The position numbers and the translations under genes were made by a program. Shown one piece after another: positions 38,688 through 48,558 of a stretch of 64,000 nt of DNA. Source of the DNA: Nitrospirota bacterium (GTDB taxonomy: Bacteria > Nitrospirota > UBA9217); the NCBI GenBank assembly GCA_963790205.1, contig CAWBNQ010000005.1, positions 256,001 to 320,000 on the forward strand. The letters run 5' to 3'. Within the stretch, counting starts at the first letter, position 1. The number at the start of each line of letters is the position of its first letter. The notes beneath the pieces were generated by a model that searched no databases, was not told the origin of the DNA, and worked only from the letters and a program-made list of their open reading frames with translations.

Positions 38688-39485
38688 ATGAATAGCACGG
38701 AAACGAAAAATGAACTTTCCAGAAGAGATATGCTGATCACCGGCGGAAAGATCGCGGCAGGCGCTGCGATAGCATCCATGGCAGTCCTCAGCGCGGTAAA
38801 AAAATCTGATGCTTACGAAAACACGGGAGCGGCGGTATTCAAGTATGCAAAGCTGGACCCGCGCGAAGTAGGCCAAATAACATATGATAACTACTTCAAG
38901 AGATGGTGCACGTCCTCGGTCATTGCCGGTTTTGCCGAGAACCTGAAGAAGAAGGGCGCGGCCGGATGGAATGATTTTCCGATTGATGCCTACCGATGGG
39001 CGCACGGCGGGTTCGCGGGCTGGGGCACGCTGTGCGGCACCATGCCCGGCGCGGGAGTAATCATCGGTCTCGTGACCAAGGACACCGACGTAGCCGAAGC
39101 AATGACCAATGACCTTGCTTTTTATTATTCGTATACGGACCTGCCGAGCTTCACGCCGGCAAAGGTGCAGAAGGCCCCGATCAAGCATATGACCATGTCC
39201 GGGACCCCCATCTGCCATATTTCCGTTGGGAAGTGGATGCGGGCGGAAGGAGTCGGCTTCCTGACGAATGAGCGGCAGGAGCGGTGCGCCCGCATGGCAG
39301 CAAACGTTGCTATGGAAGCGGCCGGGATGCTGAACGAGTACCATGATACCGGGTCGTATAAACCGAAACACAAGCCGCTCTACAATGTTATCGCGAACGG
39401 CATTACCTCTCAGAACAACTGCTCGGACTGCCACGGCCAGAACCCGCCGTCGCCGAGAGAGACCTACGAGTCTTTGGAAAAGTAA
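38688..39485 (+). CDS. Tat-exported split-Soret cytochrome c-like protein (C-GCAxxG-C-C family) with C-terminal CxxCH
   Basis: SRRDML Tat signal; GGFAGWGTLCG, CHISV..W, RC, CSDCH; AGGAGG SD. Confidence 0.85.
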   Translation: MNSTETKNELSRRDMLITGGKIAAGAAIASMAVLSAVKKSDAYENTGAAVFKYAKLDPREVGQITYDNYFKRWCTSSVIAGFAENLKKKGAAGWNDFPIDAYRWAHGGFAGWGTLCGTMPGAGVIIGLVTKDTDVAEAMTNDLAFYYSYTDLPSFTPAKVQKAPIKHMTMSGTPICHISVGKWMRAEGVGFLTNERQERCARMAANVAMEAAGMLNEYHDTGSYKPKHKPLYNVIANGITSQNNCSDCHGQNPPSPRETYESLEK

Positions 39486-39493
39486 ACAGGAGC

Positions 39494-39520
39494 GAGCGGA
39501 AGGGGAAACCCTTCCGCTCC
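39494..39520 (+). terminator. hairpin after cytochrome gene
   Basis: gagcggaaggg-gaaa-cccttccgctc. Confidence 0.55.
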
Positions 39521-39548
39521 ATAAAATCAGTATCATGTGGTGGAAATA

Positions 39549-39722
39549 ATGTTCGAAGGTTTGTTTCAGCCCCTGCACCTTATTGTCATTCTCGTGATCG
39601 TTTTAATTGTTTTCGGCCCGGGCAAGCTTCCCCAACTCGGGGAAGGGCTCGGAAAAGGCATCAGGTCCTTTAAAAAGGCGCTGAAAGAAGGACAGGACGC
39701 GGCGATAGATCAGAAAGAATAG
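39549..39722 (+). CDS. tatA: twin-arginine translocase subunit TatA/E
   Basis: [32 protein letters not shown]. Confidence 0.93.
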   Translation: MFEGLFQPLHLIVILVIVLIVFGPGKLPQLGEGLGKGIRSFKKALKEGQDAAIDQKE

Positions 39723-39913
39723 AAAGTTTGATTTAATACAGCCCTGAACGTCATTGTAGTTACGTTTAAAAATGTAAAAGGAAATTTAATGAGTTTCTGG
39801 AGAGTACCGTATATGCGGTTTAAGATCAGCACTAAAATGAGCAAGCTTGCAAAAGCTTGTTTATTATCCTGCGAGCAGCGGTGCCTCTTGAATACAAGAC
39901 AGGAGATCAGCCA

Positions 39914-40267
39914 GTGAAAATCGTCATACTATCACTATTGCTGGCGCTCGCCCTGCCCGTTTTTGCGAATGCCGGTCAGGTCGGAACCTCGGCGCCGGAC
40001 TTCGGTCTCGCAGAGGTGAACGGCAAAGCAGTCACCTTGAAGCAGTTCAGGGGCAAGGTCGTGTTCCTTGACTTCTGGGCGCCCTGGTGCGATCCCTGCC
40101 AAGAAGCATTCCCCTCACTCGACGCACTTTACAGGAAATATAGCAGTGACGGACTTGAAGTAATCGGAATATCTATCGATCCCTCCGAAAAACTTGTAGC
40201 TGAATTTCTGCAAAAGGTCCCGGTTGCGTTTACGGTCCTTATCGACAACATTTTTACAGATGCGTAG
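39914..40267 (+). pseudogene. TlpA/ResA-like thioredoxin, C-terminally truncated
   Basis: Signal peptide, APDF.L, FWAPWCDPC; lacks the cis-Pro strand. Confidence 0.8.
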
Positions 40268-40489
40268 GCTGAGTGTCCTGCTCTATATTAATTAGGGAAT
40301 TTGGCACCATATATGCTGAAGAAGTGGAATGAGCATAACTGTAATTGTAACTTCCGGCAACATTAAGAACAACCATGTTAAAGTTATGCGACTTATTTGA
40401 CACCGAATCATATCTGCTGTTAAATGTAGTTATCGCAGGTGCTGCTTGCCGTACAGAGAGCCAGCGATATCCCGTAGAAGGAATGAACA

Positions 40490-41418
40490 ATGCCTGAACG
40501 TTCGATTTTAGTTGCTGACGACATTGAAAATCAAACCGTATCCGGTAAAAGACGTTCGCTAGCAATAAGGAATGCAGCTACTTTTTGGCCCAACAACTCA
40601 AAACCGGCATCGATCTGCTTTATGTAGAAGATCTAAAAGCGTATCCCTTGAGTAAACTCGGTGTATTCCGTTTTCCAGCATGGCACTCTGCGCATGAGGA
40701 AAGACTTGAGGAGATAGGCAGGCAATTTACCGTGCCGGTTTCGTGTTCATTAAAAAGCGGTTCTGCGGCGGAACAGATCCTCAAGGTATCGCGTTCCAGG
40801 CCATCCCCGGAACTTGTTGTCGTGGGAACACAGGGCCGGAAAGGAATAAAGCGTTTGCTCATCGGCAGTGTTGCCGAAGAAGTCGTCCGTCACTCCAGGC
40901 GGCCGGTGATGGTGATCGGACCGATAGCTCAGGAAATGGACCGGGATATCTCCGGCCAGAAGCAGCATAAAATGCTCGTGCCGACCGACCTCGGGAAAAA
41001 CAGCCGGGCAGCCGAGCAATATGCGCTGTCTCTTGCGAAGCGCATGGGAGCGAAAGTGACCCTGTTTCATTGCCTGTGGGACAGCATCAATCAGATTATG
41101 ATCAACACCGCATACTCCGGCATAGCCGCATTTAATATCGATGGAATGATCGCCGAGTCACGGGATGATGCCGTTGACGCCATGAAACGGAAGGCCGGGT
41201 TCTTTCAGAAACACGATGTGCCCTGTGACTATAAAATAGAAGAGAAAGCGATAACTTCCACGTGCGCGGTATATCAGGAGGGTGAAAGCGGCTATTCGAT
41301 CGTGGTCATGGGAACTCATGGAAGAAATGCATTGCTTAATGCTTTTTTCGGAAGCACAGCCCGGGAAACGATCTTAAACGCGGTAATTCCGGTGATTATC
41401 GTGCACTCCGAAAGTTAA
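40490..41418 (+). pseudogene. tandem universal stress protein with a frameshift in a T5 run near 40582-40586
   Basis: MPERSILVADD begins at 40490 in a different frame from the 40585-41418 ORF (GTQGRKG..GSVAE, GTHGR..GSTA). Confidence 0.8.
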
Positions 41419-41469
41419 GTTTTTCGGATCATGGAAAAGATTCATGGGGCATGGTAAAAGCAATTCGGA

Positions 41470-41670
41470 TCATGTGCGAATGGTGGTCAGGCCGACCGCG
41501 AAGCCCGATAAGCGCAATTCACCTTGAGCCTCCCGAAGACACGAAGCGGTAAGATCATGCGTAGTATCCTGCGAAAGATCTCAAGCCGCGAAACAGAGCA
41601 GAGAACCTTGGCGATATTTCGACACTGGCAGATACTTCCGTTGTGAGATCACTCATGAGTGAACGAAAGT
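41470..41670 (+). pseudogene. acetyl-CoA synthetase C-terminal remnant
   Basis: LPKTRSGKIMRSILRKI at 41530 and LGDISTLADTSVV at 41607 in another frame. Confidence 0.8.
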
Positions 41671-41901
41671 AAAATATTAATTCAATGGGCCAGCCCTCCA
41701 GTAAGCTGCTGCGGATTCATTCATCGAAAACGGCAAAGCACATTTTGTATTAAGGCTTAATGATATTCTTAAAACTGCTATAATATTACCGTGCGGCAAA
41801 GAGAGAAACCGCTCTGCGATAGGTTGCACAGTTGTATTGCAAGCCGCTGGTTTCTTAGCGCGCTGAAGCGCAGCATTGCGGGATGAACATCGGATGAAGT
41901 C

Positions 41902-42822
41902 ATGAAAATATTGCTTGCGACAGATGGGTCTCAATACTCCGAATGTGCGGCGCAATTCCTGACCCGTCTCGATTGGTCTCAAGATGACGCTATAACGGTA
42001 TTTCATGCCGTCTTCGCGATCCCGTTCCGAAATGACGAGAAGTTCTATTTCAGCACTCTCAAAGCGATTAAAAAGGAGATCGCACCCTGGATTCTTGATT
42101 CCGCGCTGGCCATTTTAAAACCGGTAAAGGCGATTGTAAGCGTTCAAATCGATGAATTTCCAGCCAACCAGTGCACCCCGGAGCGCTGCATCATTGATGC
42201 GGCCGAATCATCGGACATGGACATGATAGCGATGGGCGCGCGGGGAATAAGGGGAATTGCATCAGCCCTTCTCGGGAGCGTAACGAGGTTGGTCACGATT
42301 AAATCGACGAAACCGGTCCTTGTCGTAAAGCCTTCGGCAAGAACACATTACGATGGTTTGAAAATCCTTTTTGCCACTGACGGCTCCGACTGTTCCCGGG
42401 ACACGGGAGAGTTCTTGTCTTCCATCCCGTTTCCTGATTCCACGGAAGTGACCATCGTAAATATAATATCGTCGGGTTTTTCTGACATCCCCGAACGCTT
42501 TGTTTTGGAGATCAATGAACGGATCAAAGAGGCTGTGGCCAACAGGAGAGAGATTGAATTCTCGGAATCTGAACACGTCCTCGGACAGTCGAGAAAAGTC
42601 CTGAGTAAAAGGTACAAACACATCCATGTCCTGTCCAAAGTGGGAGACCCTTCAACGGAAATCTTGAAAGCAGGGGATGAAATGGGCGCCGACATAATTG
42701 TCGTGGGCAGCAGAGGGGTCAGGGGGGTCGAGGGATTACTGGGAAGCGTATCAAGGAATATCCTCACCCATTCGAAATGCTCCGTCTTTATCGGGAAAAC
42801 GCTCAAAAAACGTGATCCGTAA
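41902..42822 (+). CDS. tandem universal stress protein
   Basis: Two KILxATDGS domains; MGARG..GSV and VGSRG..GSVS. Confidence 0.92.
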   Translation: MKILLATDGSQYSECAAQFLTRLDWSQDDAITVFHAVFAIPFRNDEKFYFSTLKAIKKEIAPWILDSALAILKPVKAIVSVQIDEFPANQCTPERCIIDAAESSDMDMIAMGARGIRGIASALLGSVTRLVTIKSTKPVLVVKPSARTHYDGLKILFATDGSDCSRDTGEFLSSIPFPDSTEVTIVNIISSGFSDIPERFVLEINERIKEAVANRREIEFSESEHVLGQSRKVLSKRYKHIHVLSKVGDPSTEILKAGDEMGADIIVVGSRGVRGVEGLLGSVSRNILTHSKCSVFIGKTLKKRDP

Positions 42823-43035
42823 TCTTCGCCGACTTCCAAAAGAAGAGGCATCGACGCCGAATATTGACGTTGGCGGTAATGAGCGCGGCCTGGGTTCGCT
42901 GCAGCGTTTATGTCCACGGTATGCTGAATTTTTTTTCACTACAAAACGACATGTTCGATAAACACCCTCGTACCAATAGGTCGGTTGAATAAAACGGAAT
43001 CCGACAATTTAATCGGCAAACAATGCGATTGACTA

Positions 43036-44136
43036 ATACAAACGCAGTAAATATTGTTACACTTTAACCATACTTTATGTTATTCTGGGGGCATGAAAAC
43101 ATCCCCTGCAAGCCCAATAAAGGTGTCCAAAGAGCAATTGCTGGCCCTCGCAGAGAAGGTGCCAGGAGCTTGGATCGGCATAAAGATAGCTACCCTCCTC
43201 TTGGTAATGGAGGGTCAACGACCGGGGTGGATCTCAGAAGTCCTAGGCCAGACCCGGATGAACGTAAACCGCTGGACGCGGGCGGTAAACAAGGACGGAG
43301 TAGAAGCCCTTGTCCCGAAAAAGCAGTCAGGCCGTCCAGTTCGGATGACTCCTAAGATCGTAGCTCAGCTAGAGCTTCAACTGGAGGAATCGCCCCAGAA
43401 GTTCGGCTTAAATCGTATTCGATGGGATGGCCCCACTTTGGCAACTCATTTACAGCGCCAGTTCGGGATAAAGCTGAAAGTCCGTCAGGCCCAATACTGG
43501 ATGCATCAACTTGGGTATCGGTTAAAGCGAGCCAATCACGTTTATCTCCAGGCAAAGGCAGAAGACGCGAAGAAGTTTGCCAGGAGCCTAAAAAAAACTC
43601 AAAACGCTGGGTCCTAAAGAAACTGTGGTTTTTCAGGACGAATGCGGTTTTACTCTGCACCCTCGGCTTGGCCGCGGCTGGGCGCTCATCGGGAAACGGT
43701 TGAAAGTGCCGACAACCAGCCAGCATCAGAAACGTTTGAATGTTTCCGGCTGGGTGGCTCCTCTTCTGGCTCGTGCCGGCGTCATCCAAACGGAACGTGG
43801 CAACCGAGAAGGTTTTCTCAAAGTGCTGCGGCACCTTTATAGCCAGCTTCGTGGCTACACTATCTGGCTGTATGTTGACCGAGCTCGTTGGCATAGGGGT
43901 GACCCAATCCGGGAGTTTCTCAGAAAGCATAAACGACTCCGGATTGTGTACTTACCACCATATCAGCCTGCCTTGAATATGCAGGAGCGCATATGGCGCC
44001 AGATTCGCTATGAATCAACTACCAACCGGTGGTTCGATAACCTTGACGCAATCTGGGCAACGGTCCAAAGGACGCTTGACTCGTGGTCAAAGCACAAAGT
44101 CAGGCGACTTTGTAACATTACTTAGTGCGTTTGTAT
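43036..44136 (+). mobile_element. IS630-family element; transposase in two frames (43093-43617, 43625-44125) joined at an A8 run (43590-43597)
   Basis: ~26-bp IRs atacaaacgcagtaaatattgttaca / tgtaacattacttagtgcgtttgtat; TA duplication in CTAG context; HTH plus FQDE...D...LPPY.P.LN..E..W. Confidence 0.93.
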
Positions 44137-44138
44137 TA

Positions 44139-45281
44139 GTGGGGCTTGAAGACCCGCCAAGGCCGGAAGTGCCGGAAGCCATTCACAAGTGCCGGGAAGC
44201 CGGGATCAGAGTGATCATGGTCACCGGCGACCACCCCCGTACCGCCGCGGCGCTCGCTCGTGAAATCGGGCTGACGCAGTCTGACAGCCCGAACGTCATT
44301 ACTGGAGAACAACTGCGGATTTTGTCGCCAATCGAACTTCAACTTGCCCTGGACGCCAGAGAAATCATCTTCGCGCGGGTTACCGCAGACCAGAAGATGC
44401 ACATCGTGGAGGCGCTGAAGAAAAAGAAACATATCGTGGCGGTCACCGGCGATGGTGTCAACGACTCTCCGGCACTAAAGGCGGCGCATATCGGCATCGC
44501 CATGGGTATTATGGGCACAGATGTGGCCAGACAGGCTGCCGACATGGTGCTGCTGGACGACAACTTCGCCAGCATCGTCAATGCCGTCGAAGAAGGGCGT
44601 GCCGTCTTCCAGAATATTCGCAAATTTCTTACGTACGTGTTGGTGCATAACGTTGCCGAATTGATTCCTTACCTCGCCTTTGTGCTGTTCAGGGTACCCT
44701 TGGCGCTGACACCAATCCAGGCACTTTCCATCGATATGGGAACCGACTCGCTCACAGCTCTTGGACTTGGTGTGGAAAAACCTGAACCCAGTGTCATGCG
44801 CCGGCCTCCACGCCCGCAAGGACAAAGGCTGATGAACTGGTTTTTGGTGCTTCGAGCCTATCTCTTCCTGGGGCTGATCGAGGCCTCCATCGCCATGGCC
44901 GCATTTTTTTTTGTGCTCAACAGCGCAAACTGGAAGTATGGACAGAACCTCTCGATCCATGATCCTCTGTACCTACTAGCCACCACGGCCTACCTGAGCG
45001 CTATCATCTTGATGCAAATCGTGAACGTATTTATGTGCAGAAGCTCTTTCCGCTCGGTGTTTACAACCGGGCTTCTAGGCAATCCACTGATTATTTGTGG
45101 CGTGATCACGGAAATCGCCCTGATGCTTTTGATCAACTATGGCCCATGGGCCAATGCTCTCCTGGGAACGTCCGGCATCGGAATGAATATTTGGCTGTTC
45201 ATTATCCCCTTCGGAGCCGTCATGCTGATTCTGGAAGAACTGCGCAAGTGGTCTGTGCGCAAAAGGCTGCTCAAAGATTAG
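44139..45281 (+). pseudogene. C-terminal half of a cation-transporting P-type ATPase
   Basis: DPPRPEV, MVTGDH, TGDGVND.PALK.A.IGIAMG, TM helices; no DKTGT and no N-terminal half left of the IS. Confidence 0.9.
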
Positions 45282-45726
45282 TAGTAAATAATCATGCGTA
45301 TTATCACCCAAAGGAGCCACTCATAATCACGAAAGAAGTAAAAGGTTTTTTCCTTTCTCCTACAACAGCGGCAAAGAGCTGGCGAATAAAACGAGTATAT
45401 CCACTCTCTGAGGAGCAGTGTAATTATCTTGGGAATATTCTGACGCCAGACGAAATACAAATCATCAGAAAGTTTCGGCAGTTTTCCGAAGAGCGCAAAA
45501 CTGAGATTATCGGCCATGTTGATTACTTGTTTACTCAAAGAGAAACAGATACGCCAATTCATCATGGCATTTGATGAAAATTGGCTCTCGAATGATCAAA
45601 ATATTCAAACGCCTTATTTTGTCAGTTTTATTAGCAGGGTAGTCCGCGCCTTCTTTACCACTTGTATATATTGGAAAAATCCGCGCCCGCTGGTCAGACG
45701 CAACGTCAACACCTACGCTCGCGATC

Positions 45727-46298
45727 GTGAACGCGACTGACCCGGACAGCCCGAACCTTACATATGATTTCGAGGTGTACGCGGGAGGCACACTCGTGGC
45801 CAAGGTGAACGGCGTTTCTGGCGACAGTTCGGGCATAACTTCAGCCACGCTTACCGCAGCTCTCACGGACAACACGGTCTACCAGTGGCGAACACGGGCA
45901 TATGATGGAAACCTCTACGGCCCTTGGACGGCTACGGCGAGCTTCACGGTCCATCTGCCGCAAACAGGCATTACCGCCACGATCGACTTCGACCCCGACA
46001 CGCTCAATAAATCGAGCAACGGGACCTGGGTCGTGGTCTACATCGAGCTGCCGGCAGGCTACAACATAAAGACATCGACATCACTTCGGTCCGCCTCGCA
46101 GGGACCATCCCTGCGGAGACGTGGCCTTACGCGATCGGCGACCAGGACAAGGACGGTATCCCCGACCTGATGGTAAAATTCAAGCGGGGCGACGTGATCA
46201 AACTTCTGCCGAACGGAGATCAGGTCACTGTGCATGTAATGGGGAAAGTGGGAACGACGACGTTCGAGGGAGTGGATGTGATCAGGGTGATTCCCTAG
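45727..46298 (+). pseudogene. C-terminal remnant of a large secreted beta-sandwich (Fn3-like) protein, frameshifted near 46070
   Basis: DPD..LTY.FEVY, YQWRTRAYDG; continues in another frame as GDQDKDGIPDLMVKF...GVDVIRVIP. Confidence 0.7.
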
Positions 46299-46874
46299 AT
46301 CCACTTTTAAGAAAATGTAGTGAAAAAGATTTTTTTTATAATCAGCGAGTCGTGAGGGAGTGTGGCATGATTGCCACGCTCCCTCACTGCTCGGTGTAAC
46401 TTTCAACCCGTAATGTGAAATAGTTTTACGTGCATGATTCTATCGGTATTTGATAGAGTTCCAATCTATTGAAACTCGTTTGATTGTAGGTGTTATGTGG
46501 AGCTCCACATAACACCTACAACTATGTACTTTCAGGAAATAGAAACTATTATCGATTACTGAGTGAAACATACAATGCATAAACCTGATAGTTGTTGAAA
46601 TGAAAGTTCGAGTCTTTTGCGGCTCCCCGGGTGAGACGCTCAGCAAAACTCCTTACCGTACCTATTTGGCTTCTTGATGATCCCTACAAAGAAGTTTAAC
46701 CCTAGAGCGAAGTATTTTTTAGCACGACTTTAGCAAGCATATCTACTAAATCAAGTCATCGGTACTCCCTTCTGGCGCGTGAACCTGAGGAGCTCTATCA
46801 ATCCAATTTTGCAGTCTATACCTACAACCGTGAGAGTTTAGCTGGATTGAAACCCTGACAAGTTCGGGTTGAAA

Positions 46875-47596
46875 CAATAGCGATGAGCTGACCCACGCGC
46901 CGTAGGCGTTGGGTCGAGCGACAGGTGTACGCCCGGCACGGGCGTGAGCTTATGGGGTGCAAGTCCCCTATACGAGAACCGATGCTATCACAAGTACGAG
47001 CCAATGACAAGGGCGGAAGGGCGACCGACTGTCTGGAGGAAGCCTAGCGGCGAACGTGCGAGCCGACGGACAGAAACCGCATACAAGGCTCAGCCCTCGG
47101 GCAAGTCAGCACCACATGACGAAGCCCACCGGTTCAGAGGGTAGGGTAAATGCGGTGGTTGTGCACGGAAAGTTCACGCTCTTATCCGGGGAGATCTGCA
47201 CGCCAGATACGAGTCCCAATACGGGAACCACGAACCAGACAGCAATCTCATGACGAACCCCTATAGCGCCGTTTCTGGAAACAGAGACGGTGAGCGTGCA
47301 GAAGTCAGCAGACGGCATAGTAGTCCCGCAATTGGGACGAAGGCCAGAACGCGGAAATGAGTGGAGCATCTGATAAGCTCGGTATCGGCGATGAATCCGA
47401 ACGGATGAGCCAGATGTCGGCGCGTTATGGATTGCTTCCACTCGATCACGTTGCAGTGGAAAGAGTTGAATCCATCGTGGATGTGGTTCAATGTCCGGCG
47501 ACGGCCCGATGATTTCCGCGAACCGCCTGGTGCGGACCCGCATGCCAGGTGGTGTGGAAGCTGGGGGGAGAAATCCCCCCGGCTACACGATTAGAT
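46875..47596 (-). other. integron attC site (57 nt) split by the group II intron
   Basis: With the intron removed, the minus strand reads ATCTAAC-CTGTC-GCTCGACCCAACGCCTACGGCGCGTGGGTCAGC-TCATC-GCTATTG: RYYYAAC core, 5-nt spacers, two extrahelical bases; R' non-canonical. Confidence 0.75.
46927..47591 (+). mobile_element. ORF-less group IIC(-attC) intron, 665 nt
   Basis: 5' GTACGCCCGGCACGGGCG; domain V GAACCGCCTGGTGCGGACCCGCATGCCAGGTGGTGT at ~47520-47555; domain VI ending ACACGAT; no RT ORF. Confidence 0.88.
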
Positions 47597-47705
47597 TCCT
47601 GAGAAGTGTCAAGCAGCTTTAATGATTCATTTCTTTTTTCAATTGCTGTTACCCCGCGTCCGAAAGAAAATAAGAGATAATACGGGTCGTTTGTGAGACG
47701 CTACA

Positions 47706-48548
47706 CTAGCGTGCTTGAACCGCTTGACTATTGGGTGCGAGCTGAATGGAGTATGTTTGGCACGGTAGCGTTTCGCCGGGCGGCGCGGGTGCGTTCAGAC
47801 CGCATGTTCCATAAGCTATGGTCGCAAAACCTCCGATGCCCCAGTCAGATCCGAAACTATTCTTGATAATCCAGCCAATGGTATCAAAACCGATAATGCA
47901 TACTGAATGGAGTTGTTGACTCCCGGAACCTAGGTCTGGCACATAGGTTGGTGTCTGACCGCGATAATCAAAGAAGTTTTCCCATATCCACATGTCCGTG
48001 ACGACGGGTCCCGATTGAACTACGGCTGCTTTGGTTGAATTCGGACCGGTAAGACGCGTATAGCCAGCCATGGTGCGAATCGCCGTTGTCGAGCAATTCT
48101 CCACAGGAAATGGATATGCATTTCCATTCTGCGTAGAGGCGTAGCCGCGTGCCAGCACCGCCGCTAAGACCACTCCCAGGTCGGCTCCAGTACGGCAGTC
48201 CTCGTTGGCGTCAACGATTGCTCCACCATGACCCAGGCATGTATGAATATAGCCCGGATCAACTACTAGCGGTTGCTGATGGCCGATCGCCAAAGCGGCC
48301 TCTATCGCTGCGCTAATTGCAAAAGATGTGCAGGCATTGCAGGGGAGTTGCGAAGTCGGCGTACTTATAACGCTGTGAGTTCGCCAGTCCCAGGAAAGCA
48401 CTGAAGGCGGTGCTTGCATATCCGGAGCTAGCGCAAGGAACTCTCCCGATTTTAGTTTCGGTCTGAGAGGCGGAACAAACTTGGCGTAAGCCTCGCGCAA
48501 TCGCTGCGAAAGGGGGGCAAGCCCATCATCTTTGGATACATTGGACAC
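47706..48548 (-). CDS. papain-like C1A cysteine peptidase
   Basis: QLPCNACTSFA, HSVCIIGF, WIIKNSFGSDWG..GF; GAGG SD before GTG 48548. Confidence 0.88.
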   Translation of the reverse strand: MSNVSKDDGLAPLSQRLREAYAKFVPPLRPKLKSGEFLALAPDMQAPPSVLSWDWRTHSVISTPTSQLPCNACTSFAISAAIEAALAIGHQQPLVVDPGYIHTCLGHGGAIVDANEDCRTGADLGVVLAAVLARGYASTQNGNAYPFPVENCSTTAIRTMAGYTRLTGPNSTKAAVVQSGPVVTDMWIWENFFDYRGQTPTYVPDLGSGSQQLHSVCIIGFDTIGWIIKNSFGSDWGIGGFATIAYGTCGLNAPAPPGETLPCQTYSIQLAPNSQAVQAR

Positions 48549-48558
48549 TGTGACATCC

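Noticed and set aside
38640..39578. 312-aa minus-strand ORF
   Set aside because: Antisense to the split-Soret cytochrome gene, which has the SD, Tat signal and heme motifs.
44010..44138. N-terminus of the 423-aa ATPase ORF
   Set aside because: It is read-through from the IS630 end, not ATPase sequence.
46540..46760. Possible TIR/CAP12-like remnant (FVGSSR-like) downstream of attC
   Set aside because: Needs frameshifts and read-through of stops; the match is too short to support.
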